From a virus, in the IMG/VR virus record IMGVR_UViG_3300043313_001352, positions 32,001 to 96,000 of that record: a stretch of DNA of 64,000 nt; one strand, given 5' to 3'. The notes under the pieces are model-generated. The model was not told the origin of the DNA. It saw nothing but the letters and a program-made list of their open reading frames with translations, and ran no database searches. Both the position numbers and the translations under genes were made by a program. Shown in pieces: positions 27,168-37,138 of the stretch (its first letter is position 1; the number at the start of each line of letters is the position of its first letter).

Positions 27168-27772
27168 CGCTCACTCCGCGGCGTCCCGATCTTGCGGGCC
27201 GGTGACGCCGGACGTCCCCAGGTCCAGCCGCAGCTGTTGCACCACGGTGAGCGCCCGTCTCGGTGCTGCACCTCGTGGTGGGTCGGGCAGTCCGGCGCCC
27301 GCTCCCGCGCCCTCGTCAGCGCCTCTGACACCTCTGACGCCTCGGGCGCCAGCTCACCCTTGCGCCGCCCCACCGCGAGCGCGTCCCCGTCGTCGGGGTT
27401 GAGGTGGTTCGCCGCGTCCCACAGCGCCGCCCCACGGGCGTCGCCCGAGCCGTGCTCGTCGAAGCGCAGCACCGCCGTGTGCCGCAGCTCACCCGCGGCC
27501 CGGTACAGGATCTCCACCTGCGCCGCCTGCTCGGCCGCGTCCACGATCGAGGCCACCGCCGGAGCCAGCGCCGCCACCTGGTTCAGGTCGGCCGCCACCT
27601 CGGTGACCTCATCGACCTGATCGACCTGCATGCTCCCGGCCACCCCGTCCCACCCGGCGCGCCCGATCAGCAGCAGCACCGCATCCGCGGTCTCCCGCGG
27701 TGTCTCCTCGCGGGTCTTCCCGTCCGCGATCCGGCGCGCGATCAGCCGGGACATCCCCTCGACGCTCGGCAC
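27164..27772 (-). CDS. hypothetical protein
   Basis: Coupled ORF; C-terminal CP-x-H...CxxC. Confidence 0.6.
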   Translation of the reverse strand: MPSVEGMSRLIARRIADGKTREETPRETADAVLLLIGRAGWDGVAGSMQVDQVDEVTEVAADLNQVAALAPAVASIVDAAEQAAQVEILYRAAGELRHTAVLRFDEHGSGDARGAALWDAANHLNPDDGDALAVGRRKGELAPEASEVSEALTRARERAPDCPTHHEVQHRDGRSPWCNSCGWTWGRPASPARKIGTPRSER

Positions 27773-28212
27773 TACTGCTCATCCTCCGGCTCGGCCGGTG
27801 CGAGCCCGGCCACCACCGCACGGGCGTAGGAGGCCCAGCGGGCACAGTTGCCGCACTGGTCGGCGGTGTAGCCGTCGCGCTCCATCCAGGAGAACTCGCG
27901 CAGGTGCTCCTCGTGGATCGCCTCCTTGGTCAGCGCCTCGACCACCCGGCCCCGCTCGATCTCCTCGGCGCCCTCGCGGACCGCGGCCAGCCAGCCGGGC
28001 GGGTCCGGGTAGGGCATTTCGGAGCCGTCCAGCCCGCGCAGCACCAGCATCGTCGGCACCCGCGGATCCTCGCGCAGCTCACGCAGCGTCGGCCGGACCG
28101 CCTCGTCCTCGATCGGCGGCACCGAGACCCGCGGTCCGTTCGGGTCCGGGGCCACCTCGTCCACCGGCCCAGGCTCGGGCGCCACCGGCGCCTGCTCGTC
28201 CTGGGTGCTCAC
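27772..28212 (-). CDS. hypothetical protein
   Basis: Coupled ORF. Confidence 0.55.
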   Translation of the reverse strand: MSTQDEQAPVAPEPGPVDEVAPDPNGPRVSVPPIEDEAVRPTLRELREDPRVPTMLVLRGLDGSEMPYPDPPGWLAAVREGAEEIERGRVVEALTKEAIHEEHLREFSWMERDGYTADQCGNCARWASYARAVVAGLAPAEPEDEQ

Positions 28213-28388
28213 AGCACCATCACCAGCCCGTACACCACAGCAGCCATCCCGTTGATCATCATCGTGTTGTCGGCCTCCAGCCGTTCGGTATCCACGTCAC
28301 CCGGCTCGCGCAGGTGGTGCATCCCGAGCACGTCACCTGCTGCCATCGACCCGAAGAACACCCCGAGGATCATGGTCAGGTAGGGCAT
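28209..28388 (-). CDS. small membrane protein
   Basis: Two hydrophobic segments; GTGA coupling downstream. Confidence 0.45.
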   Translation of the reverse strand: MPYLTMILGVFFGSMAAGDVLGMHHLREPGDVDTERLEADNTMMINGMAAVVYGLVMVL

Positions 28389-28426
28389 GCGTGGACAATA
28401 GCGGTTCCCCACTGGAGAATCTGCCA

Positions 28427-28669
28427 ATGTCCGAATCCGAGCCCGAATCCGAGTGCGAGATCTGCCAGCACCCGTTCGACCCGCACGCGATGATCGCCAC
28501 CACCGGCAACCCCCTGGACGGCGGGGTGATGCTGTGCCCGGATCCGGGCTGCATGTGCTTCGCGACCTGGTCAGCACCAGGCAGCGACGGCCGGACCCAG
28601 GTGGTGCTCCCGGACGCCGAGGAGCTGGCCGCGATGCGCGCCTTCATCCAAGGGATGCACCTGAACTAG
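28427..28669 (+). CDS. small Cys/His protein
   Basis: GGAG RBS; CxxC-x-H....H...C....C-x-C. Confidence 0.55.
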   Translation: MSESEPESECEICQHPFDPHAMIATTGNPLDGGVMLCPDPGCMCFATWSAPGSDGRTQVVLPDAEELAAMRAFIQGMHLN

Positions 28670-29072
28670 CTGCCGTCCTCAGCCAGCCCGGAGACCACCG
28701 CCACCATCTCGTGCCCGAGCCCGTAGGCCACCGCGATCACGAACCCCACCAGCACCAGCACACACCCGGCGAAGAGGGCAGCCTGAAGCAGCCCCCGTGT
28801 CGTGATCTTCATCAGGCGGCAGGATCGCCTGGTTGCCCGCGCAGCGTCTCCACCAGGCAGCGCAGCCGGGTCAGCCGGATCTGCCGCGCCCGGTTGGTCT
28901 CCAGGCGCAGCTCGGCCTGCAGTCCGGCGTCCAGCTCGACCAGCAGCATCGCGGTGTCCGGTGGTGTATGTGAGACGCGCGCGCCCGACGAGACGGACGG
29001 GACGGGTGGGATGTCCATGGTGAGGACCATGCTGCCACCCCCGCCTGAGGCAGCGCTACTGGGCCAACACCC

Positions 29073-29765
29073 CTACGGCAGCGGGGCTCCCGGCTCCACC
29101 ACGACCTCGGCGTCCACCGCTGCCTCGGCCTCAGCCGCTGCATCAGCTTCGGCCGCGGCCTGCGCCTCGGAGAGGATCGAGACCGCCTCGGTGTGCGCGT
29201 CCTTGAGTGCGTCCAGCCGGTCCTTGATCACCGCGGTGATGTCCACTGTGGCGATCTGGGCGTCCACCCGGACGTCGACGCCGCGCACGTAGCCGGTCCG
29301 GTCCAGGATCTCCGAGGCAGCCTTGGCGCGCACCCCCATCGGGGAGTCCTCGTCGTCCATCGCCATCTCCAGCGTGCGGGTCGCCTTGGGCACCAGCCGG
29401 GTCAGGTTGGTCGCGGTCTCCTTGGCCACCGCCTCGGCCAGCTCCGGCGGGGCGTAGTAGTCCACCCCCATCTGCCGGGCGTGGTCCAGGCAGTAGCGGC
29501 TCTTGGTCGGGTCGGCCAGCAGCACCTCGCACTGGATCCGCTTGGCCCCGGAGTAGTAGCCGATCCCGTCCTCGGAGTTGCGGTTGAACATGCACGCCCA
29601 CGGGTTGAAGGTGCGCACCTCCCACGGCAGCCCGGCGTAGTAGTCCAGCTCGCTCTGCAGGAGCGGCTTGGCGGGCAGCCACGGGCGCGGCGCACCGGCG
29701 CTCGTCGTCCCCTCCTCGGGCTCAGGAAACGGCGAGGGCTCCATCCCCAGCGGTTCGCTTGTCAT
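29073..29765 (-). CDS. hypothetical protein, possibly terminase-small-subunit-like
   Basis: A..TL...M....P..VR..AA..ILDR-x-G motif seen in TerS-like phage proteins. Confidence 0.55.
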   Translation of the reverse strand: MTSEPLGMEPSPFPEPEEGTTSAGAPRPWLPAKPLLQSELDYYAGLPWEVRTFNPWACMFNRNSEDGIGYYSGAKRIQCEVLLADPTKSRYCLDHARQMGVDYYAPPELAEAVAKETATNLTRLVPKATRTLEMAMDDEDSPMGVRAKAASEILDRTGYVRGVDVRVDAQIATVDITAVIKDRLDALKDAHTEAVSILSEAQAAAEADAAAEAEAAVDAEVVVEPGAPLP

Positions 29766-29854
29766 AGTCGCAAGATACCAACCTTGGGCTCGATTGCACC
29801 CGTCTCAGTGGTTGCAGTTTTCCACAGGTTGTTGACAAACCTGTGGACTCAGGG

Positions 29855-30031
29855 TCAGCCTGCGCCGCCGCACCGGGACACCGAGTAGAACCAGGACAGC
29901 TCGTGCAGCTCGGTGACCTTGGACTGCGCCGAGGTCACCGCGGCGGTGTCGAACGTCTCGTCACGCTCGCGCGCCGCGAGCACGGCCTCCCAGATCTCGG
30001 CCCGACTCGCGGCGCCGTAACCGTAGGTCAC
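29855..30031 (-). CDS. small hypothetical protein
   Basis: GTGA coupling. Confidence 0.45.
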   Translation of the reverse strand: MTYGYGAASRAEIWEAVLAARERDETFDTAAVTSAQSKVTELHELSWFYSVSRCGGAG

Positions 30032-30351
30032 GTCTCCCCGTTGCCCTCGTGCTGGCGTGGACCGTCCTCCTCGACGCGCCGGAACGTCACCGGCGTGCCG
30101 AGCAGCTTGTAGATCTCCTGGGCCTTCTCGGCGTCGATCGCCACCCACAGCCACTTGTCCCCCCACGGCGACATCATCTCGATGTGGAAGTCCTCGCCGA
30201 CGATCCCGGCCAGCACGTCGACGGCCTCACCGTCACCGGTGGCCTCCTCCAGCTGCTCCAGCACCTCGGCGTCCAGCTCGGGTTCCTTGCCGTAGTCCTC
30301 GGCGCCCTCCTGGGTGGTCACCATCACCACCGGCTCGTTCATCTCGCTCAT
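30028..30351 (-). CDS. acidic hypothetical protein
   Basis: ATGA coupling to the helicase gene. Confidence 0.7.
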   Translation of the reverse strand: MSEMNEPVVMVTTQEGAEDYGKEPELDAEVLEQLEEATGDGEAVDVLAGIVGEDFHIEMMSPWGDKWLWVAIDAEKAQEIYKLLGTPVTFRRVEEDGPRQHEGNGET

Positions 30352-32633
30352 ACCAGCCTCCCGCCAACCATCAGCTTCCTCTTCTTGTCGTAGGTCATCC
30401 GCAGTGTTCGGCAGGTGTTCTCCAGCTCGTCGCGGGTCGCTGCCTTGCTGAGCTTGGGTGCATCCTCACCGGCGAACATCACCCAGGTGTTGAACGAGAC
30501 CACCATGTCGGCGTGGGTGAAGGTGTCCAGCGCACTGCCGGTGACCTCCAGGCAGGCGCCGGACCACTTCGCGAAGATGTTGTGCTTGGCCCGCTCGTCG
30601 GTGGCGGTCTCGGCCCACGCCGAGGTGTCGCCCCAGCCGTGCTCGGCCCACGCCTTGGCACCCTCCAGCATCCAGGCCAGCGCCAGTCGTAGCTCGGCCG
30701 GTTGCCGGGTGATCTGTGACCTCAGGTCGGGGATCACCTCGCGCTCGCTCATCGAGTACTCGAAGGGGAAGAACTTCAGCCGCCGCCAGACCGCCTCGTC
30801 GGGGATCTCCAGCGCGTGGTTGGTGGAGAGCCACAGCGAGCACTCCGGCACGAAGGAGATCTCCTCCTTGCCGTAGGGCAGCCGCCCGGACAGCGAGTCG
30901 CCCCCGGACAGGCTCTTCAGCATCGGCAGGTTGACCTCGGCCTTCATCGGCGGCTCGGAGAAGGTCAGCACCCGCTGGCCCACGATCGCGGCCACCGAGA
31001 AGTCCGGGTTGCCCTTGTCCCCGAACAGCAGGTTGTGGCTCATCGCCTTGCCGTAGGAGCCGACCACCTTGAGCAGGATCTCGCTGAACGTCGACTTGCC
31101 CGAGCGGGTCGGGCCTTTCAGCACGAAGACCGCGTCCACGTCGCCGTCCACACCGCGGCGTCCGTACAGCGAGGCTCCGGCCGCGCGTTGCAGCAGCCGG
31201 AGGTTGTCGGGTCCCATCTGGTGTTCCAGGTCGGTGACGAACTTGTGGAACCAGCGTCCTTGCCCACCCTCGGAGGCCACGTCCCACAGGTGCTTGAACT
31301 CCCCACCTGGCCCGTCGTCGTACGGCGCCCCCAACGCCTTCGAGACCCGCCTGGTCCGGGCGTCCAGCTCGCATTCACCTGTCCGCAGATTCACCAGCCG
31401 CCCGATCCCGGCCGTCACCGGCAGCCCGGCGATCCAGCCCTCGGCGTCCCAGTTCAAGGCCGAGGGCACCAGCACCCGCTCGTCGGACTGCAGGTCGCCC
31501 AGGATCGAGGCGGTGGGTCGCTGCTGGGCCTTGCCCGCCCACTTGAACGCGTCCTTGCTCAGAGTGTCCTTGCCGTCCAGCTTGGACTGCCTGCCCTCGG
31601 CCAGGTGGATGTCGGGCATGTCCATGCAGTAGGACTTCAGCATCGTCTCGCTGCGCTCCGGCCCACCCCAGCCGGACTCGGTCCAGACCCGCCAGGACAA
31701 CCCTGGTGTGTAGAGCATCTTGTCGCCGTGGGTGTCGATCAGCCGCCGTACATCGCCGCGTCGGGTGTAGGTCCGCGGATCCCCGCCCACCAGCGGAGTC
31801 CCAGGACGTGTCCGCCACGGGTCGTCCCGGTCGATCCGGGCGACGTCGTCGACCAGCCCGGCCGCGGTCAGACGCATCATCAGCGCCGAGGTGGCATTGG
31901 TCAGTCCGGCGATCGGGTCGACCAGCACCTTCGAGCCGCCGGACCACTCATAGCCTGCCCTGGGCGCCAGTACCGCGAACGCGCCGTCACCGAGCACCCA
32001 GACCCCGGTGACCAGCTCGATCTGGGTGCGGCCACCCATCACCGCCTCGGACTCCCCGATCCGGAAGAACCAGTGCTGGCCCCCCGACGGAGTGGTCTGG
32101 GTGAGCACGTGCCCGGTCATCTTGAACCGCGCCCTGGTCATCTCGGCGTGCTCGCCGACGTCGAGGACCACGATCTTGGACTCCGAGCCGGTCAGCACCG
32201 CCAGCCCGATCCACCCGGCCTTGACCCTCAAGTCCGAGGCGGGGAAGACCCGCTCGACGTCTTCTTCGACGCGGGCCACGCCCAGTCCGGAGACCAGGTG
32301 CTTGCCCCAGGTGGTGCAGGCTTCGCCGTCCTTGCAGCAGCAGCCGACCAGCCCGGAGGCTGCGGCGCCCGGCACCGCGTCCACCGGCATCCAGACCGGC
32401 GCGATCGCCCAGCCGAACTGGGTGATGTAGCCGCGTGCCCAGCGCCACAGGTTCTTGACCGCGTCCGGGATCGGTGGCTCGGCGCCCGCCGGTGGCACCC
32501 CCGGAGGAGTCGGCGGACGTGGCGGGGTCGGCGGGCCACCCACCACACCACTCTCACCAGGCGCCGGTGGCGGTCCTGGTGTTGAGGGCATCCCCACGCC
32601 GGGCGGGGGCGGTGCGGCGCTGTCCACGCTCAC
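30348..32633 (-). CDS. bifunctional primase-polymerase / SF3 (D5-like) helicase
   Basis: Prim-pol motifs C-x-C...C...GKH, VVLDV, TPSGG-x-H; helicase GPTRSGKST, LKSLSGGD, STNH, WRRL; GTGA-coupled start. Confidence 0.85.
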   Translation of the reverse strand: MSVDSAAPPPPGVGMPSTPGPPPAPGESGVVGGPPTPPRPPTPPGVPPAGAEPPIPDAVKNLWRWARGYITQFGWAIAPVWMPVDAVPGAAASGLVGCCCKDGEACTTWGKHLVSGLGVARVEEDVERVFPASDLRVKAGWIGLAVLTGSESKIVVLDVGEHAEMTRARFKMTGHVLTQTTPSGGQHWFFRIGESEAVMGGRTQIELVTGVWVLGDGAFAVLAPRAGYEWSGGSKVLVDPIAGLTNATSALMMRLTAAGLVDDVARIDRDDPWRTRPGTPLVGGDPRTYTRRGDVRRLIDTHGDKMLYTPGLSWRVWTESGWGGPERSETMLKSYCMDMPDIHLAEGRQSKLDGKDTLSKDAFKWAGKAQQRPTASILGDLQSDERVLVPSALNWDAEGWIAGLPVTAGIGRLVNLRTGECELDARTRRVSKALGAPYDDGPGGEFKHLWDVASEGGQGRWFHKFVTDLEHQMGPDNLRLLQRAAGASLYGRRGVDGDVDAVFVLKGPTRSGKSTFSEILLKVVGSYGKAMSHNLLFGDKGNPDFSVAAIVGQRVLTFSEPPMKAEVNLPMLKSLSGGDSLSGRLPYGKEEISFVPECSLWLSTNHALEIPDEAVWRRLKFFPFEYSMSEREVIPDLRSQITRQPAELRLALAWMLEGAKAWAEHGWGDTSAWAETATDERAKHNIFAKWSGACLEVTGSALDTFTHADMVVSFNTWVMFAGEDAPKLSKAATRDELENTCRTLRMTYDKKRKLMVGGRLV

Positions 32634-34012
32634 GGGTCCGGGGTCCCGTGCATCGTCGTGGTGAACGGGCTCTCCAGGGCCTCCAGCTCCCGCTCCCGGC
32701 CCCACTGCTCCATCCAGCTTGTCTCGTCCCGCCATGGTCCCGAGAGCCTCCCCACCACCACGTCACTCCCGTCTTCACCTGCGCTGATACGACGACGTGC
32801 CTCGTCCACATCACCTGCGCAGGCGAGGTCGACCCAGGCACGCCACTTGCTGATCACCCCGACGCCAGCAGCCGTGCCCCGACGCCCAGAGCCCCGTAGT
32901 CCGGACGCGAACCCGGTCGCGGGGGAGTCCGAGTAGACCACCAATAGGTTCGGCATGTCGGCGTAGACCACGGCGGATCGCTCACCGGCGTCGAACCCGC
33001 TGCTTGAGCCCGCGTCGTCGAGCTTCCCCGGACGCTCCCAGATCTGTTCACGTCCGGCGGGGTCCGGGCCGGACACGCACCGCCACCCGAAGGGGACCAG
33101 CACGTCCTCCCAGCCCAGCACTTCATCCGCGATCCTGTCCAGGTCCCCGAGCACTGGGCCAACGCTGGTCCACTCCCCACCAGCCTCATCCGCGCCACCG
33201 GCCCCGTCGGTGTAACCAGGGGAGTAGCGCTCCAGCAGCCAGTCCAGGAAGTCGCCCTCGCCGGGCCAGTCGTCGGTAACGTCAGTGACCTGCGCGGCCA
33301 GAGCGTCAGTGACGTTTGCCAGGCTGAGACGCCCGTCCCAGCTCTTGGACGACCCTGGCCAGCGGATCACACCCGAGGGGCGGGCGGCATCCTCGTCGGG
33401 TCCGGCGCGCCAGTTCAGGGTGCCCGGCATCCGCATCACCCGCGTGGTGTCCCAGACCCGGTCGATCTTCTTGGTCGAGGTCTCCCCGACCCAGCCGACG
33501 AGTGCCCGGACCAGGCGCGAAGCCTCCACCCCTGGCACCGGTTCCCTCAAGGGAACCCAGTACTGCAGCCCCCAGCCGGAGCCGATCACGAGACTCGCCT
33601 CCGCGAGCACGGGTCCCAGGCACATGTCCACGATGTCCACGGCCTCACCGAGGTGGCTGAAGTAGTCGTCGCCCTCGCGTCCGGGCGCCTGGCAGTCGAC
33701 GTCGAGCCACAGCGCTCCGGCGTGTCCACGCAGCGCTGCGCCGCCGCGCGGGTAGGGACGGCTCTTCGAGCCGTGCGGCTTCTCGGTGAGCCCGACGCAG
33801 CCCATGTAGATCTCGCGGCCCTGCTCGGACCACCAGGCCAGCTGCTTGATCGTGTCCGGGGCCAGCAGGGTGGCCACGTCCCAGTGCTGGGCGTGCCACT
33901 TCCCGCGTGGGCTCTTGATCGAGACCTCGACCAGCTCACGTCCAGCCGCCCATCCGTAGAGCCCCATGAGCACCCTGCGGGCGCTCTCAGGCGTGTGGTC
34001 CACCTCGGTCAT
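32630..34012 (-). CDS. RepB-like AEP DNA primase domain protein
   Basis: ALWLDVD, SG-x-GLQ-x-W, D..RVMRMPGTLN. Confidence 0.8.
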   Translation of the reverse strand: MTEVDHTPESARRVLMGLYGWAAGRELVEVSIKSPRGKWHAQHWDVATLLAPDTIKQLAWWSEQGREIYMGCVGLTEKPHGSKSRPYPRGGAALRGHAGALWLDVDCQAPGREGDDYFSHLGEAVDIVDMCLGPVLAEASLVIGSGWGLQYWVPLREPVPGVEASRLVRALVGWVGETSTKKIDRVWDTTRVMRMPGTLNWRAGPDEDAARPSGVIRWPGSSKSWDGRLSLANVTDALAAQVTDVTDDWPGEGDFLDWLLERYSPGYTDGAGGADEAGGEWTSVGPVLGDLDRIADEVLGWEDVLVPFGWRCVSGPDPAGREQIWERPGKLDDAGSSSGFDAGERSAVVYADMPNLLVVYSDSPATGFASGLRGSGRRGTAAGVGVISKWRAWVDLACAGDVDEARRRISAGEDGSDVVVGRLSGPWRDETSWMEQWGRERELEALESPFTTTMHGTPDP

Positions 34013-34331
34013 CGTCGCTCCGTCCTTAGCCCCGGCGCGTGCGGAGCACTGGTCAACGCTCACGGCTTGGGCGAGACAACACTACAGCGGATGGTCAGCC
34101 TGCTCCATCTGGCTACAGCGCTGTTTCATCACCGGATACTCGCTTGCGCCCGCGCTCCTTGTACAGCCAGGTGTACTCGGTTCGGCGCTGCTCGGGGCTC
34201 ATCGCGAGGTACCGCTGGACCCGCACCGAGCGGATCGTCATCACTCGCGACCAGGCCGTCAGCCAGTCGCTGGGATAGCGGTTGTGCATCGAGCGGACGT
34301 CCGAGACCAGGCCCATCGCTCGACCCTAGAC

Positions 34332-34919
34332 CTAGAGGTTTCGGTTCAGCTGGATGGTCAGGTCGGCACCCGGCGCGTCGGTGGAGCCGACCTTCTCCAC
34401 GTAGGCCGCGACGTAGGTGTTCATCGGGTGGTTGGCGACGAAGTCACTCTCGCCCAGCGTGGCCGAGACGTTCTGCCCGGCCGGGATCACCAGCTTCCCG
34501 GCCGCCAGGATGCTGGTCTGGGTGGTCTCGTCGTAGGTCGGGCCACTCAGCGTCCCGGCCACCACCAGGTCCACCTCGACATCGGCATCGGCCGGGGTGA
34601 GCAGGCTGGCCTTGGCCGACTTGAAGGTGGCCGCGCGCTCGGTGACGTTCCAGACCAGCGGCATCAGGATCGTCTGGGTCACGTTCAGCGCCCCGGTCAG
34701 GTACCAGGTGTTGGCCACCAGCCGAGCCTGCTCGATGCTGCCGTCCGCCGCGGTCAGCCCGGCCAGCGTCAGCTCGACCTGGCTCATCCGGGCGGTCAGG
34801 TCCAGCACGGCCCGGTTCACGTCGTTGTGCAGCTCGGAGTGCGAGGGGTTCGTCAGCAGCGCGGTGTTGTCGATGTTGGTCGGCAGGCTGTACTCGACCC
34901 CTGCGGGGGTGACCGTCAT
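34332..34919 (-). CDS. hypothetical protein, probably virion-associated
   Basis: H..LHN.VN.AV..L helix followed by a beta-rich domain ending PGADLTIQL. Confidence 0.7.
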   Translation of the reverse strand: MTVTPAGVEYSLPTNIDNTALLTNPSHSELHNDVNRAVLDLTARMSQVELTLAGLTAADGSIEQARLVANTWYLTGALNVTQTILMPLVWNVTERAATFKSAKASLLTPADADVEVDLVVAGTLSGPTYDETTQTSILAAGKLVIPAGQNVSATLGESDFVANHPMNTYVAAYVEKVGSTDAPGADLTIQLNRNL

Positions 34920-34951
34920 TCAGCCAGGTTAGTCAAACACCGGGCGCCGGT

Positions 34952-35911
34952 CTATGCGCCGTCGAGCACCCGGACCAGCTGCTCGTCGTCCCAGGTGTGC
35001 GCCCCGGTCATGTAGTCCCCTGGCCGGACCTTGACCGCCAGTGCCCGCGCTGCCATCCCGCGCGCCTCGACCCACCGCTCCTGGCCCACGTACAGGTCGA
35101 CCAGGTCCACCACCGCGTCGCGCCGATCGGGAGCCTCGGCCAGCGCCTTGAGCAGCCACCGCTCCGGGTAGTGGTCCATCTTGGCCAGGTACCGGTACGC
35201 CTCGGCACGCTCGGCGGTCCAGGTCGCCTGCGGCATCTCCAGGTAGGACACGAAGGTGTCCCGCGCGATCTCCCAGCGACCCACGAAGAAGTACTCGCGC
35301 GCCAGGTAGAACCGCTGCCGCGGGTTGCGCGGCTCCTCGCGTACCGCCAGCTCCAGCAGTTCCAGGTAGTTCCGGCGCGACTTCGTCGCGTCGGCGTGGT
35401 GCTCGATGGCGAACCCACCCGGAGCCGGGGGTGCGTCCAGGTCACCGCGCGAGGCCGAGGGCACCAGCACCTCGTGCACCGCACCGTGCCACTTCCAGCC
35501 CTCACGCGAGTAGCACCGGTCCGCGGTGAACTGCACGTCGGGCACACCGGGCTCGATCCAGGACCAGACGTAGGTGTAGGACCACCGGCGCGGGTAGGGG
35601 TCCTCGACGATCGCTACCTCCAGTGCGGCGCGCCAGCCGGGCACCAGCACCTCGTCAGCGTCCAGGGTGATCACCACGTCGACCTCGGGTGGCAGCAGCG
35701 CCAGCCCGGCGTTGCGAGCCAGGTCGAAGCGCCACGGCGCGACGTGGATCGGGGTCACGTCGATGTCCAGGTCACTGGCCAGCTCGACGGTGCCGTCAGT
35801 GCTGCCGGTGTCCGCGATCTGCAGCAGGTCTGCCTCCTCGGCCGACTCGGCCCAACGGGGCAGGTTCTTCTCCTCGTTCAAGGTGATCGTGTGCACGGCG
35901 ATCACGCTCAT
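34952..35911 (-). CDS. GT2-family glycosyltransferase with TPR-like C-terminus
   Basis: I-x-LNEE, DTGSTDGT, RFD-x-ARN, LDADE, W...VHE, R..FYLAREY. Confidence 0.88.
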   Translation of the reverse strand: MSVIAVHTITLNEEKNLPRWAESAEEADLLQIADTGSTDGTVELASDLDIDVTPIHVAPWRFDLARNAGLALLPPEVDVVITLDADEVLVPGWRAALEVAIVEDPYPRRWSYTYVWSWIEPGVPDVQFTADRCYSREGWKWHGAVHEVLVPSASRGDLDAPPAPGGFAIEHHADATKSRRNYLELLELAVREEPRNPRQRFYLAREYFFVGRWEIARDTFVSYLEMPQATWTAERAEAYRYLAKMDHYPERWLLKALAEAPDRRDAVVDLVDLYVGQERWVEARGMAARALAVKVRPGDYMTGAHTWDDEQLVRVLDGA

Positions 35912-36096
35912 GCTGGCCTCGGTCCTGGGTTCTTGTTGCCCATCTTGAGGTTCATCGCCCGCCAGCAGGCGTCGCCCTCGGCGCCCTTCTGGTCGTGCGC
36001 GGGGTAGTCGTCACCGAACCAGCGTCGCCACCACGGGCGCGATGGCAGCGGCTCCCCGCAGATCAGGCAGGTCCGCACCTCAGCCTCAGGCATCAC
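35908..36096 (-). CDS. small hypothetical protein
   Basis: CLICG; ATGA coupling. Confidence 0.5.
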   Translation of the reverse strand: MMPEAEVRTCLICGEPLPSRPWWRRWFGDDYPAHDQKGAEGDACWRAMNLKMGNKNPGPRPA

Positions 36097-36107
36097 GGCA
36101 CCCGCGC

Positions 36108-36335
36108 CTATCCACGTCGGGCGATCAGCATGTTCACGTAGTCGACCACCTGCTCCAGATCGGTGGCGTTCTCGATCACCTGGACCAGCTCGGTGCTCTC
36201 CTCATCCGAGAGCGGCGGCAGTGGCGCGGGCTTCTTCGGGGGACGTTCCTGCACCGTGGTGCTCGGGTTGGCGGCGGCCTCGTCGGCCGTGACGTACTGC
36301 CCGGACTCAGAGGAACGACTACGGCTTCTGGACAT
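36108..36335 (-). CDS. small hypothetical protein
   Basis: R-x-S-x-SGQYVT...A..NP-x-TTV-x-E motif of a common small family. Confidence 0.6.
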   Translation of the reverse strand: MSRSRSRSSESGQYVTADEAAANPSTTVQERPPKKPAPLPPLSDEESTELVQVIENATDLEQVVDYVNMLIARRG

Positions 36336-36428
36336 GGGATTCTCACTTTCTGGCAACCTGAGTGGTGTTCACACAACCTCTCAGACCACTACAGTGTTGG
36401 ACAACCGCCGCCGTGTGAAGGGGCTCCC

Positions 36429-37013
36429 ATGTCGCTGTCCATGCACGAAGATCTGCTCTGGCCACAGACCCTGGAGACCGCCTCCGAACGGCACATCCTG
36501 GTTGCCCTCTACAAGAAGACAGAAAGGCTGGAGATCGCAGTGACCGAACTCAGTCAGGCAGTGGAACAGCTCAAGACGTCGGTGGCCGATCTGGCCGACA
36601 CCGTCAACTCTCAGGTCGAGCCGCTCCAGGAGGCCCTGGCTGCAGCGCAGCAGGCACTGGACGACTTCACCGTGGCCGACCTCGCCGAGGACGCCGACTT
36701 CCAGGCCGAGATCGACAGCCTCAAGTCCGACGTGCAGTCCAAGGTCCAGGAGGCCCAGGACGCGGCCAACCAGATCCAGGCGTCGGTCCAGCAGATCCAG
36801 ACGGTGCGCGACGACATCGAGAACCAGACCGGCGAGGAGGCCGGTGCGACCGGTCCCGACGGCGGCGGTGAGGAGACCGGAGCCACCGGCCCGACCGGTC
36901 CCGAGGGTGGTGACGAGACCGGCGCCACGGGTCCCACCGGAGACGACGCCGGTGACACCGACACCGGAGCGACCGGCCCGACCGGGCCGGAGGAGCCCCC
37001 GGTAAACCCCTAG
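36429..37013 (+). CDS. coiled-coil protein with acidic collagen-like tail
   Basis: Heptad-rich core; repeated TGATGPTG. Confidence 0.7.
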   Translation: MSLSMHEDLLWPQTLETASERHILVALYKKTERLEIAVTELSQAVEQLKTSVADLADTVNSQVEPLQEALAAAQQALDDFTVADLAEDADFQAEIDSLKSDVQSKVQEAQDAANQIQASVQQIQTVRDDIENQTGEEAGATGPDGGGEETGATGPTGPEGGDETGATGPTGDDAGDTDTGATGPTGPEEPPVNP

Positions 37014-37138
37014 AGCCCCATCGGGAGTGGCCCAGCTCCTGGTGGGAGATCATCCGGGGCTGGGTCCGCTACTGCTTCAACGTGATGCGCGGGCGCGTCT
37101 GAGGGCAGTGTTCATATAACCTGGCTCCAGGTGATTCC

